A stretch of 51,206 bases of DNA, the filler included, from Basidiobolus ranarum (Eukaryota), in the NCBI GenBank assembly GCA_040143965.1. It is 3 parts of 3 records of this genome, joined end to end, with 100 filler letters (N's around TTAATTAATTAA, not from the genome) between each part and the next. Parts side by side here need not be neighbours in the genome. Positions count along the whole stretch, not along the records: positions 34,217 to 51,206 come from JASJQH010007195.1; 2 more parts are not named here. One strand, written 5' to 3'. Below are positions 35,834 to 49,174 of the stretch, one piece after another. The notes beneath the pieces were generated by a model. The model was not told the DNA's origin, ran no database searches, and worked only from the letters and a program-made list of their open reading frames with translations. Within the stretch, counting starts at the first letter, position 1; each line of letters begins with the position of its first letter. The position numbers and the translations under genes were made by a program.

Positions 35834-36879
35834 TGTACACGATAAACTGATTCACTAACAATCTAATTAGGTAGCCTTATGTTAACCGAATTGTAGAGAA
35901 TCTTTTGGTTCTACTAGGATTTAATTGATGGTGAATTTTGGTGATTCTTTGAATGAGTAATATTCCTTGATTGGCACTGTTTACATGTAAATAGGTCACA
36001 GTATTCACCATGATATGTACATCTGTTTATAGGAATTGATCATGCTATCTATCATTCTACTTTTTTTTTCTTGTATAAATTCCCATTTGGAACGCTATGT
36101 ACGTCTCTTTGCTCAAGTGACGAAAACCCTACAGTACACATGAGGATTTTCCTACAGGTTTTCTTGGTTCTTTGAGGTCACTCTATTTGAACCAGGAGTT
36201 AACCCATGAGGTGTTACTTGGAACAGAGATCTGATGAGCTTGTTCTCGGTTTAGTAGTGACTTTCCCTGACCCAATGCTTCTCCAAGATGAACCATAATA
36301 GGTATAGCTTATTGCATGTAGATAACACTGTACACTTGACTGCCTTACTGTATTCATTTATAGTATTGGTGTTATGGAAGTGTCAAAAGTAGTTTTCAAT
36401 CTGAAATATTTAAGCTATACTTATGTTTACTCGAAGAGTTGACTTGGTAACGAGAGAGTAGACTGAACTTGTTGAACAATACATATATATCATATATTAA
36501 TATGTTTCCAATGATGAGCTTTTAAAGGCGAAGATGAGTTGTTAATGGTAACCGTGGTTAATAACTGGTTTCAACAGCCATGATATCCCAACTTGTTCTG
36601 AGGAAAGCTACCTTAGAAATATACATACATCATTTATAAATTTATGGTTGAAACTAACCAATTCTGGACATTCCCATATTATATTTACGCCATAGTTTTG
36701 TTGTTTAATGGATGAAAATATGCAATAAATTCACACAAAATAAATCCCATTTATTCTCAAGAATGATGTTAAAAAATGAGTACTCGAAACTATTTTACAA
36801 TTTATAAATACACGACTTGAGAGTTATGCCTCGATCTAAGCAGGAAATGGTGGATTTTTGAAAGTGGTACTTGTGATAG

Positions 36880-38961
36880 CTACATGACCAGATAGCTGTA
36901 TTCTCCAGCTGGTTGTTCATTATAGTCGTTATCTTGATAGTAGTAGGATTCTTCTCCCAAGGTGACCTTTTGGAAAGCATGAGATGGATCATGGTGATCT
37001 ACAAAGTCACAATAATCAGTACAAAAGGAATCATATAAATGCGGCCCTTCAAATAGTTACCATTCTGGAAATCTCCTGAGGAGTGACAAGAATTACAGAG
37101 ATCAACCTGGTGATCTTCATCGCAGTCAGTACAAGTCCACCTTGAGCCAACAATGGGTTCTATAAGACAATTATCACACTGAATAGTCACAGAATTAATG
37201 TCAACACGCTAACTCATAGAGAAATGCCTCTTGTAAACCTACCTTGTAACCATGGTGAGCATTGCTAGAAGGGGCGGCTGGTGGCGAAGTTTTAGGTGCC
37301 TATAAAATAAGTCAATATCAGACGCAGCTTGTTGAACATACAATCTCCAAGTATGACACTTACTGATTTACGGGCAGCAGGAGGTGCTCGTCGGGACGGT
37401 GTTTCAGCAGCCTCATCATCATCAGACATAAGTACAGTGGGAGTAATAGGACCGGATAAATACTGTGCTCCAGAATATCTTTAGGTTCAAAGTAAGCAAA
37501 TTGACATTCAATGAAACCAACTTATGATTCATACCTATTGGAGTACCCAGGTCTACTTTCGGCCTTTTGTTTTTTGGGTGGTGGCGATTTCTTCTTCTCT
37601 ATTGGCTTTCGAACACTCGCTGGAGGCTTGTTCTAATGTATCAAACGTATCAGACCTGGGTTTGATTCCGCAACCATTTTAAATGAACTGATGCTTACAT
37701 AGATCGCCATATTAGGCATTCTTCCTGGAACAGGTAAGCCTGCTTTTGCTAATTTGATGAAGTATTTCTGCACACGACTAGCGACTTGTTTAGGAGTTCT
37801 AGTTCCTAAAGCTTTGGAGATCTTCAAAAAGCGTTGTGATTGAATAGGTTCTTCAGGAAACTCATCCAGGTAAGCTACCAGACGAGCCTGAATAAAAATG
37901 GTTCAGTATTCGATTGGGAGGTGCATCCAGAGGAGAATAAAATACCTGTTCTTCATCTGACCACGGTTGATTGAAGCTCATAGGTTTGTCACCGCTGTCT
38001 AGTTCCTATGATGGATAGGTTAATAATGAGCTGCGAGTATGGAGAGGGTACACTAGACTCTATTTACATCCTTCACACTTAGGTTACGCTTCTGAAATTT
38101 AATCTCAGGTGTGGGCATTTCAGTCTGTGGGAAATATTCGTTGAGTTCTTCTTGTTTGATGTCATGTTTAGATTCTATTTCAATTGATGTAGGACTCGAT
38201 GCTTTCGATGCAGAAGTTGACTTGGTTCCCTCAGTAGGAAGCTGGACATTTGAACTGGATAGAATAGACTAATAAAACATTAGCAAGTATTTCCACAAGA
38301 TTATTTGGTTGAAACCCCCTACCTTATAAAGTGGAGGTCTTTCCAGTGGAGAGAAATTGAGCGAAATATCTAATCGAAACAAAAGTGTCAACATAGTAAT
38401 TGGTTATGAATAAACTACGTTTCAATCTACCTTGGGTACCTCGTCTAACACGAGAAACATATTTATCTAAATCAATGGTAGGAATGGCAACCACTCTTTG
38501 CAATTTGGGAGGTTTCTCATTTTTCTACACAAAAGCAATAAAACACCGTTAAAATAGAGTATACTTGAATAAATCCTTACTACCTCAACTTACCCTTTCA
38601 CGGAGTTGAGTAACAAATTTGATTGGATCAGACAGGGCTTTTTCCTTCAATTCTGAAAGTCTACCAATGTCCTTTCTTGCTTGGTCTAATTGATGTTTTA
38701 GCACATCCATGGCAGAAGTTATCAATAAATAGCTAGTCATATTCGAGAAACTTATTAGGACCAACTCTCCAGATAGTAGTAAATTCACATCTAAACATAC
38801 TCATCATTTCCCTTCAGTACTTGTTCTGCATTAAGTGTAACTGGTTCTTCAGGTACTTTCGCAGTATTTCTTCTTCGCTTTCTTGGAGGGCCTTCAGTCA
38901 CATTTTCGGTAGAATTGACTTCATTTGTTTGAGTATAAATATTTCCAGATAATCTAGGCAT
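36880..38961 (-). CDS. ZZZ3: ZZZ3-like protein (SANT/Myb domain plus ZZ zinc finger), multi-exon
   Basis: FNQPWSDEEQARL..FPEEP..RFLKISKALGTRTPKQVASRVQKYFIKLAKAGLPVPGR; ZZ finger CDNCLIEPIVGSRWTCTDC..DLCNSC..HDPSH; ends EYSYLVM*. Confidence 0.85.
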
Positions 38962-39272
38962 TTACCACTTCGTAAATTCCCCTTATTTTTCAGGCTTTAC
39001 TATTGTTACGCAAATGAGAGTCCAACCGAGACTAAGGACTGCTTCTTTTTGCCTTATAGCATACCAATCCGTTAGCTAAGGTTTTTTTTGCCCATTTTCA
39101 GAAAAAAAATACACCTAGCATTGAAGTATTGGGTAGATGATTACATGTATATATGTGTTAGTTTCTGTAATATATCTTCTTATTCTAGAATAGAATTTCC
39201 AGAATATATATATCGAAGGATCGAAGTTGATAGTCAAGTGTGATTTTTAATTAAGATGATACAAAATAGAAA

Positions 39273-42200
39273 TCATTCTAAATCATTTGGTTTAGATGTA
39301 GTTGAAGATATTGGTTTCAATGGAGCATGTAGATCTGACAGCCAAGTAGCAAAATCTTCAGGTAAAGCAAGCTTATCCTTTAAAGAGTTATGTTCGGATT
39401 CTTTGGAAACATTTCGAAAGAGTACGATATAGCTGTCTAGGAAACTTCCCTGTAAACAAGATATATATTTAGATAGTGATTTATAAGCTCCGAGGTGTCA
39501 ACTCATTTAATACCTTGACTTGATTTAGGAAGATCTTTTCAAGATTAACATCATGTAAGAATTTCTCCAATTTAGAACCCAGCAAATAAACCCGTTCTTC
39601 GATGGCCTTTCGGAATTCTTGGTATTTACTTAAAATCTCTTCTATATGAAACGTAAATTAGATACATAAACCTGAAGTTCAAATTGCCACAAACCAACCA
39701 GCTAAGACGCCGTCTTGAGTTTCCATTGGTTGTCCTTGAGAGAGCTAAATATATACATGTACAAGATTAGAATAAAGGAACCTTTCAGAAATAGATGAAT
39801 TCATACCTGACGAGAAAGTCCATTGATGGAATCAATAACTCCTTCAATTCCAAGCGAGACAAAAGACTCACAAGTTTCCTTTAAACATTTGTCCAATTCC
39901 TATTCAATACAAATCGATTAATTACACTATACAAAGTTGGACCAACAGAAAATCTATTGACCTCTCTTCCATCAATATTTTCGCTTTCTTGAGATCTTAG
40001 ACTAGTTAAGCCAATGATGGGACTCAGAAGAGAGCTTTTTCTGGACGAACTCTGTGAGCTACCTGTTGAGGACAATTTAGTGAGACAAAGGAATCCTTGA
40101 CTTGATACTGTTGCTTCCTTACTTCTAGTTGGAGTGTGTCTGAAAGAGCTAGACTCAGTGTCGAATGAGGAGACATAGTCTTTCAGAGATACGAGGTGCT
40201 TGATGAGGAACAATTTTGCATCCAACGAGCTCTATATCATTTGATTAGTTTAGACAGTGTCGAACACTGGTCAGTACGAGGGTAAGTACCTTTTCGTTTT
40301 GGATATCCTTAGCAGCACTCAAAAATGATCCACAAGCAACGATAATAATCTCATTCAACAAGTCTTCGAACGTAATGTCCTAATTTTCATATGTCAAGAT
40401 GCATACCCATCAATGAACGATCTGCAAATAAGTACCTTCACTGCTCGGAAGAGTTTGGAAATAATCCAGAATGTCTTGTAGAATGTAGGATAAAGCCCAA
40501 TCAAAGTTGAAGGCATGTCCAGTGCGCACGTCGTAGGAGCAGGCGAAGAGGGATCATCAGATGGTAATTCAGTTGAAAGCTGAACCTGAAGAGTAACTGA
40601 TTCTGATGGTTGGTCAGGAGCTGTTGGTAAATGCTTCGTTAGAAAGGTGTAGAGCACCACGCCCAGTGAGGATGAACATAGTTACATGGAATATCGTAAG
40701 GGTAATTGAGGTCCTGAGGCTTCGGAGAAAATGCTTGGATCTCAGTCTTAGTGAATGCCTGAGCCTGAGTAACTAGTCGATCTTGGGAATCCTCAAGAAT
40801 TTGAATAACCATTGACCTAAATGCCTGGCCTTCTCTGTCCATATCTGTGAGAAAAGCAGTTAGTAGCCCAATATATGACGCATATTGTTGAGTTTCGGCT
40901 TGTACCTATCCCGCTCATATCTTCCATGAGATAGATTTTCAGCAGGTGACTAAGTTCTGATAGTGTTTCAATCCTAACTTCCTTTAGTATTTGGGGACGG
41001 AGGCGATCGTAGAAGAAGTTTACTAGGCCTTCCAAATGCTTGCTAAGGTTCTCAAAGATTAAACACATGATCTGTCAGAGAAGGTAAATGTGGTATCAAA
41101 TATTACTAGAGTGCTTCATCCCCTGCAGTATAAAACTCATGGAACATATGATATTCTTCGGCGCTCAAGCTCATGATATATGCGCAGCTATTCCTCGTCT
41201 AACAAAAGAATCAGCCATTAATAAAGCGAACAGTCTCCGATACATTAAAGGAACTTACAAAATCCAAAATATCGCTATCACTGTTAACCAGCTCACGGAT
41301 ATTCTCCGCTACGATTGGGTATAACATTTGTTGACGAACAGAGAGGTAACAATGTTGGCAATCCTCTAAAAGCGATTCGTAGCTGAAAGAAGTTCGTCAG
41401 TTACAGGTGAGTATGAGAATGGGAGAAAGCATAGCTTACTCTGGGTAGCTCTTCAAGCGGATCTCTATCTCGTTAATCAAAGGCTTGAGGGCTTTAGCAG
41501 TAGCACGGAGACGAACGTTGAAGAGACCGGTCCTATGTGTAGAGGGCTACTCGTAATTTTAATACCTAATGTAAGTTCAAATATAAAGTAGAAATAGCCT
41601 CGTACTTTGTTCTGTTTTGACGGTTCAGAATTTAAAGATTTGAGAGTCTCAATTACATGGCTCCTTATTAAAGACAGACCACGGCTCATACACTGTCTAA
41701 AGCGCATCGCATATAGCTCTGTCTCCCTAAATTCCGACTAACTTGCAAGGTTAATATAGAAAGAGAGTGAGAGCTTGTAAATCATAATCTTACATTTTGA
41801 CTAACATATTCTAAACAACCATCTATTTTCGTCAACACTTGAATGAATTCGGGTTGTAAACAAATGTCGCTGTTAGGTGAGTTGAAAAGACGGTTGAAAG
41901 ATTCTAGCTCGTTAAAGTGAGAAAGATTCTTCTCAAGGACAACTGAGAGATTCATAAAGTTTTCCTAGTGGATTCAAGGAAATTAAGATGATACACTTCT
42001 AGGATGAGATTCCTCAAAAAAATCCCATTTTACCTGCTCCTCTAACAATCTTTCGCAAGCTTGGTGAACTGAACCGGTTTTTCCTTCAACGGTTTTATAT
42101 TCTACAGCAAGCTTCTCTAGAAGTTGTTTGATATTTTGAATTTTTTCCAATAGTTCATCACAAGAATTACGATAGAAACTAGTTGTTTCGAGGTAGGCTC

Positions 42201-42716
42201 TAAAGGAAGGGTTTAGATCAAAGGTATATCCCAAGGAGGTAAAGATAATCAATACCTGTAAACATCTTCCTGCTCTCTTTCCATTTCAGTCTCCATCTTT
42301 GCAAACCAATCTAGAAATTGTTGAGTGTTTTCAATTGGTTCCTTGATTCCTATACTTCCAGCAGCCATTTTCGTAGAGCTAGGGAAGATTTCGGCTTGTA
42401 AACTAAGTGCAGAACTAGACCGTGGAAGGTAAATGGGTGTACCGGGTTTCTTTATTCCATTATTAATAGAAAGTAACGTCTGTGCTAACGGCTCTACAAG
42501 GTGCTGCATTATAAAAAATTCCCAAGTGAAGTATTATTAGTATCGTAGCTAAATATCTTCAAAGTTGATTTTGAATCCACGTACTTCTGCTGGCCAAGGT
42601 AATTCTAAACAACTCTCCTCTAATTGTAGGATGCTCTCATTCTGAACATCGGACAAAACTAAGGACTTTTCCCAAGTCTCCGAAAGACCGTTTTGCGTCG
42701 AATAATCGAGTACCAT
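39273..42716 (-). CDS. COG3: Conserved oligomeric Golgi complex subunit 3 (Sec34), multi-exon
   Basis: IENTQQFLDWFAKMETEMEREQEDVYR, VHQACERLLEEQ, RFRQCMSRGLSLIR, YDRLRPQILKE, ILEDSQDRLV, LYPTFYKT, DAKLFLIKHL. Confidence 0.9.
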
Positions 42717-42904
42717 GTCAAGTGCTTAGCTTAAGACGTAGGCATCCAAATAGTATTTGGTTAGTACATAATGGTGGCTAAATTGTGAGTGTAGATCTGT
42801 GTATAAATCGATTAATCGATGCAGCTTTGATTTAAACATTGCCACGATTTTTGCGGGTTAACCGCATCATTTGAGTTTGACGTGAAGTGGCAAGAGTCGA
42901 AGAT
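42717..42904. promoter_or_regulatory. Short bidirectional promoter between COG3 and RPAP3
   Basis: Divergent ATGs 188 bp apart. Contains the perfect palindrome ATCGATTAATCGAT (42807-42820) and TGACGTG near 42878. Confidence 0.6.
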
Positions 42905-44860
42905 ATGAATAACTCGGATCAGTACCAGACTTTAGTAAAGCAACTTCTGAAATGGCAAGAAGAGATTGCAGAAAAGGATAGATTAGCTAAGAAGGTCCCA
43001 TGTTATGAGGTTCGCCACCGTTTTCAGAGAGTTCATGTGCCAAGCGAAACATAATAGATAACTAACATCAAATAAGGAATATCCACCTATTAGGGAATTT
43101 AAGGAAATAACCCTCGCAGATAAACCAACTGTTCCAAAGCTCAAAAAAATCCCTACTTCTGTGTCTGACAAAACTTCTGATACAGAAACTATTCTTCCAG
43201 CTGAAGGTACTGAGAAGTTGAAAAATGCTGAAGAAAGAGAAAAGCGTAAACAAAGCGCCGTCATTGAAAAAAACAAAGTATGTGCACAATTCATTTTTAT
43301 TACTATGTAGTAAGAGTATTTACGAGCTGTAAACAGGGAAACGAACACTTTAAGAAAGGAGAATTCGCACAAGCGATTCAACTCTACTCTAAAAGCATTG
43401 AACTGGATCCTTTAAATGCTGTCTTTCCTATCAATCGTGCTATGGTCTATCTTAAGTTAGAAAGGTTCGGAATATCGTGTGTATTTTTACTGCGTTATCC
43501 ATAGCGGCTAACAGTCAAATCTCTTTAGATATTCTGAAGCGGAGAAGGATTGTACATTAGGTTTAGGTATTGATCCTAGTAATATTAAAGCGCTTTGGCG
43601 TCGTGGTATTGCCCGTCGTCATTTAGGGAAATTGGTGGAAGCGAAGCAAGGTAATCCTTTTTCAGCAACACACTCACATCTGGAACTCAATATTCTAACT
43701 CATAAAGTTAGATTTAGAGAAAGCATTAAAGATAGAAGCAACTAATCAGGCCGTTAAAACTGAACTAAGCTTAATAGTAAAAGCCTTGAATGATCATAAA
43801 AGTAGTCAGGAGAACTTGAAGAATTCCAACGAAAAAGTAGACTCACCCAAACCTACACAACCAGTACCCCGTAGACGATTAGAAATCGAAGAGATAGATG
43901 CTGATGACGACATCATAACACCTGTCAATACAAAGTATACACCCAAAACAGAAACCCCAAAGATGCCGAGTAATTCCATGCCAACCGAAAAGGTTCGTGA
44001 TCATGAGATTTGTACCGGAGTTAGCTGACGTTCGTAACTAACGTTCATACCACAGTCGATTGATGTTGTAGATGCGAAAGATACTACGCAAATGCCTTCC
44101 TCAAAGACTGATAAGCCTGCACCTTCTGATCAACTCGTCAGTTCTTGTTATTGCTCAACTTCAACTTAGCTACTCCTTACATTCCTTTCTTTACAGAAAC
44201 ATGCTTCCATCAAACCCAAAACTAGTCAACCTCCTGAGCCACTTATTAAAGACACCACAATCGTTAAGGAAGTTGCAGTGAAGCCTTTGCCACAATTCAT
44301 ACCACCGAAAACCACGATGGAATTTGAACGGCAATGGAGAACGTACAGAAATGACCCTGTTAAACTCTATCACTATTTCAAAGTATGTACGCAATCTTCT
44401 TATCACTGACCACTTTCTTACCACTGACCAAATACATTGAAGAGTATCAATCCAGAGAACTATGCCAACATATTCAAGAGCTCACTAGAGTCTAGCTATA
44501 TGACCAAGATACTCGAGATCTTGAAAAGCTTCTACATCGAGTAAGTCAAGACTAATCAACCATGTTTGTAAGTTCCTCCTATTGATGCTATTTCGCAACA
44601 GATCGGAGCCTCCTTCTTTAATATTTGATGTGTTGAAGTATCTGAGCAAAGTGAAACGCTTTGACATGATCATGATGTTCATGTCGCCAGCTGACAAGCA
44701 AAGTATGTTCTTTAGAGGAATATCCATCTAACGAGATCCTAACTGATTCCCTTTTTTTACAGCTCTGCAAGAAGTGTTTCATTATCTGAGAGATTCCGAT
44801 GCTGCTCCAACTCCTGAGGACCTCAGTTCCTTGGCGAAAGTTTACAAAGTAGCCTTGTAG
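42905..44860 (+). CDS. RPAP3: RPAP3/Spag1-like TPR co-chaperone (R2TP complex), multi-exon
   Basis: N-terminal LLKWQEEIAEKD; TPR GNEHFKKGEFAQAIQLYSKSIELDP..INRAMVYLKL..KALWRRGIAR; RPAP3_C domain PPKTTMEFERQWR..LSKVKRFDMIMMFMS. Confidence 0.85.
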
Positions 44861-44941
44861 TCAATCAATAAATGCTCAGTCAAACAAGAGAAAAGTCAAA
44901 AACAAAATTATACACTGTATTTTATTAAGCAAGAATTTAAA

Positions 44942-47162
44942 CTATAATACATGATCTTCTGTATGCCCTCCTTGCTCAGCATCTACGTCAGGAGTGGTAA
45001 TAATCTCCTCATATATAGACTGCTCCGGGATTGTAAATTTGTCTCGAGGGAATATGCAACCAATTCCTTCTACATATCGCTGCCGCCTTTCCATTATGTT
45101 GGTGGTGTTTTCCGATAAAGCTTTAGGTTGGACTTGTTTTTTCTTCTTTGACTTTGCAGCTCGCTAGAATTTCATGTTGATTAGATGACTAATAATAATA
45201 AAATTAAGGTAACAATAGAAGCCCTCTACTTACCACTCTCTTAATATATGACTGCTCAATTTGTTTGTCTAGCTCCTCGAGAATTTGCAGATACTCTTGA
45301 CATGCAAGATGCTCAGTGCTAATTCCTAGTAGCTTTTCCTTTCTGAGATTGTTCACTTTCACCTGGTCACGCAACTCCTTTTGTAGATTTCGAAGATTAG
45401 AGGATATCTCGTCATCTTCTCGAGCATTCCAGTCGATCTGTTGACGAGAGAATTAGCTTCAGTTACCTTGAAAAATAAAAGACCTATGAACGCTTACATC
45501 TTCGTCACCTAAGATGCCAATATATCGAAGCTCTCTTTTAAGACGCTCTTCCATATCTGCTAGTTCGGAAGAATAAATCTCATTTTGAGGGATATCCTCT
45601 GTATTGGAATCCGAATCTTCGTCGTTTAAGTACTCTTGAGGATTGATGAGGTTCTCTTGAATAAGTGCGCAAATGATTCTCTCTGTGAGAGGACCGCATG
45701 CTAAATCCTCCACGGAAAATTCGCTAGAATCGTCCCTTCTTACCACATCCATATGGTCATACTTGGTTGGAGTTTGAGGAATGTCATCGAACTGTGGTAC
45801 TAGCTTCCTTTCTTCTTCTGCCCAGGCTTCAAGATAGTTTCTTCCGAGTGGAGGGACGATGTATGGCTCTGTTTCGTCACCCTGTCAGTATAGAATAGTC
45901 AGTTGGATTGTTATCTAAGAATGAGCATATTGAAATGAAAATCCTACCCTCTCTTCTAAAAATGCAATATCTTCTTCTGTAATGGGACGGAAGAATGACT
46001 CTATGTAATTCCAATATGTCTGGATTGGAATTTGATTAGCAATTTTGGCAGTTGGGTAGTCCTCTTCAACATCCTTCCCAAGAGAGCCCCTTGCCGATTT
46101 TTTAGCTTCTTCTGGAGTATCTGAGTTCTTCTTTTTCTTCAAAAGATGAGAAGAGTTCTTACCAGATTTCTAAAGTTATGGGAAAAAATGTTAAAATCTT
46201 AACAATCGATTACACAGGTAAAAGTCATAAACCTTAGATGGTCTAGGCGTGGAATTTCGTGATGCACTCTCTCTTCCGGATATGTAGGGAGAAGCGCTTC
46301 GTTTAGGTTTAGATTTGCTGGAGGGTGTGTCACTTGAACGAGTTTTCCGTGGGGTCGGAGTAGCAGCCATAGGACTATCTAAACTCGCTTTAAAATTAGC
46401 AAAATACTAGATAATAAATGTGAAGTAAGAGATTTCCAACCTTTATCGGTATCAGAAACATCAGCAGGCTCGTGAGTACCTGTCCTCCGTCTTCGCTTTA
46501 ACTTTGTTTCAGTAGCTACACTAACGATGTAATAAGATTAATAAAGCGCTCAACGATTTAGACTAGACCAATCAAAAGACTAACGGTGAAGGGACAGATT
46601 TTCGAGGTCTTGCTTGTGGAGTCAGTGGTTCATGAAAATCTTCTAGATCTTCGATAGTAACTAGATTATATGCGTGGAAAAACCAAGGTAGTGGAAGAGT
46701 TAGAAAAATTATAATTAGATGATCAAGTAGATGAGGTAGATGATGAAAATAGATGTTAGCTCATCTACTTAAAATTTACAAACATAAAGCAAAATAAAAC
46801 CAACCTTTTATCTCTGGTTTCTCCTTCTTGATAGGAGTCTCTATCTCAATTTTCTTTTGCTTTTCTTTTTTTTCGAGGATTTTTGGTGTCGATGGAACAG
46901 TCTTGGAAGCAACCTTTATCTCCGAAATGGAAGACAACTGTTGGATGTCTATTTCTAGTTGAGCTGCCTTGGAAGTGGTTTTTTTTGCGAGGGATTGAAG
47001 TTCTTTTTGTAAAGCTAACAACTCTGAATGAGTTGGGATTGGGATTGTATTAGCGCTTGAAGCCTTTCCCCGGGATGCATATTGTTTGTATAATGTGGAT
47101 TTTGCATCTAAAGAATACTTAGAGAGTCGAATAGAGCTTGAAGACGGTGAACTTTTGTCCAT
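44942..47162 (-). CDS. ADA3: SAGA/ATAC HAT-module subunit Ada3 (Ngg1), multi-exon
   Basis: ANQIPIQTYWNYIESFFRPITEEDIAFL, PYIVPPLGRNYLEAWAEEE, CGPLTERIICALI, MEERLKRELRYIGIL, REDDEISSNLRNLQKELR. Confidence 0.92.
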
Positions 47163-47927
47163 GTGTTAATTCATTACTCCCCGTAGTTGGACTATTATTT
47201 GCCTTGGTCTTTGTTTCCCTCTACGGGATGTGTACGTATTGAGAAAATCAGGGGGATATTCCACTTGACCAGAATCACTTCAATCATGAAAAATAGAATG
47301 TCTAATATTGAAGTTAAAGACCTAAACTAAAAGGTGGAGCCAACCAGGTTTAGTAAATCTGAACAAATCTGAATAAATCGAAAGGCACCTGCATTTACCC
47401 ATAAATAAATTGTCAGTAAATGGCTTGTTTAACTGATAAGATCACGCGTCCACGAATGAAATCAGTGAAATTTGCTATTAGCATACTCTCAAATTGATGT
47501 TACCCAATGGTCTATAATCTATACATAGTTTTTGGACGCGCTTGATATTGTAAACAAACAGGATGTTGGTGAGGCTATTCTCTGAAGCTACTCCTACTGT
47601 TCTCAGAGCTATTCTCCACTGCTGCTCTCAAATAGTAGCCATTGTCCTGCAGACTAAACCCCAAATTTATTGATAAAAATAAGCGTGCTATTGCGTGCAT
47701 TTATAGTTGTATCAGCGTTACAAAAGTAGGAGATTGTCAACATGATCGTAAAGCCACACCGGCCAAGTACAGATATCTATTTACAGGATGAGATTTCGTG
47801 CTCTAGTGTTTTTGAAAATACGCACGATACGGGGCGGATTTATTCTCTTAAAACATGGATGTCAATTAATCAGTGAAAAGGACTCATTCTTATTGGCAAC
47901 GAACTAACCTGCTTTTACTTTGGTGAT

Positions 47928-48897
47928 TTAATCACTACCACTGTCGCTATCGTATGCTCCGAGTAAAGAGCTTAACCCTGATGACGAGGGAGCTGCATCA
48001 GCCTTAGTTTCTGGTGGATCACTCTTTACGCTTACTGCTTTGGAGGTGTCGCTGCTTTTCATGACTAAAGCTCCAAACTTGCTGCCGCCTACTTTGCGGC
48101 GTTTCGTTTCAACTGGAGCAGTAAAAGTGGGGCCATTAAAGCCTGAGATAGCCCTAACAAGTTCCACTGGGTCAGGCTCCTCCTCATCGACTATTCTTTT
48201 TACAGATTCTCCATCAGCAGTGTTGAATATGGCTTTAGCAACTTCATCGTCTTTCAGTTCAGCACGTACTCTGGCTGCAACTATCGGATCACTATTTGTT
48301 AACTTTTCCAAAATATTATCGACTGCGACTCGTTCATTTTTAGCGTTTCGAGTCCGAATTTCATCCAGCGCATCCAGGATTTCCATTTCACGTTTAGAAT
48401 CTAGTGTACGGTTTTCAAGAGCTTTCAGTGGGTTTTCTTTTTCTTCTTGTTCACGTTCAGCTTTATTTTCCTCCCCTGCCACCTCTTCCTCACGCCAAGG
48501 TTCGAAGTTTCTCTTTGCACCATGTTCAGCTACATAATCGGCATTTTTAGGATCGGTTTTGAAGGTAATCTCAGCTGAACATCTTGGACAGCGAATATAA
48601 AAGCGAAATATCTTAATTGAATGGTATGTTTCTCCTTCTACGGTTTCTTTCTTGGCATTAAACTTTTTTCCTTTGTGGAAATATTCGCCACAGGTATCAC
48701 AGCGCATAGAAAATGGTGTCATAAGACGTACTGTGTGTCGTTTATCTTTTGGAAGCTTACGTCTAGGGATCAATGCCGGATCAAAGTCCGGAGGGAAATA
48801 CTGGAAAAAAACACGTTGATTAGCAATCACATACGATAGCATAAATTTATGAATGTAACATATAACTTACTTTATTCAGGACTTTACGTTCAGACAT
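47928..48897 (-). CDS. YJU2: Splicing factor Yju2/Cwc16 (CCDC94)
   Basis: Exons 48897-48871 MSERKVLNK and 48800-47928 YFPPDFDP..VRLMTPFSMRCDTCGEY..KKFNAKKE..FYIRCPRCSAEITFKTDPKNADY. Confidence 0.96.
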
Positions 48898-49174
48898 TTT
48901 GGGCTAGGTTGTGATTTGAAAAAGGAACAGAGATAGTGAAGAGCGCTAGGTGTTCCAGTTTAAAGAGATTCACTTTTTCTTAATTAGATTCATGTCTGTT
49001 GAATATGAGAAATCAAATTCAATAATTGAATCAACTTCTAACCAATGATACACTTGAAAAATAGAGTATTTAATTCTTGCATGTTTCTCGATAATATTTA
49101 TTCTATTTAAGAAACTTTGACAGTAAATAATGAAAACTATATACATTCAATCTAAGACAAACCCAAGAAATGAT

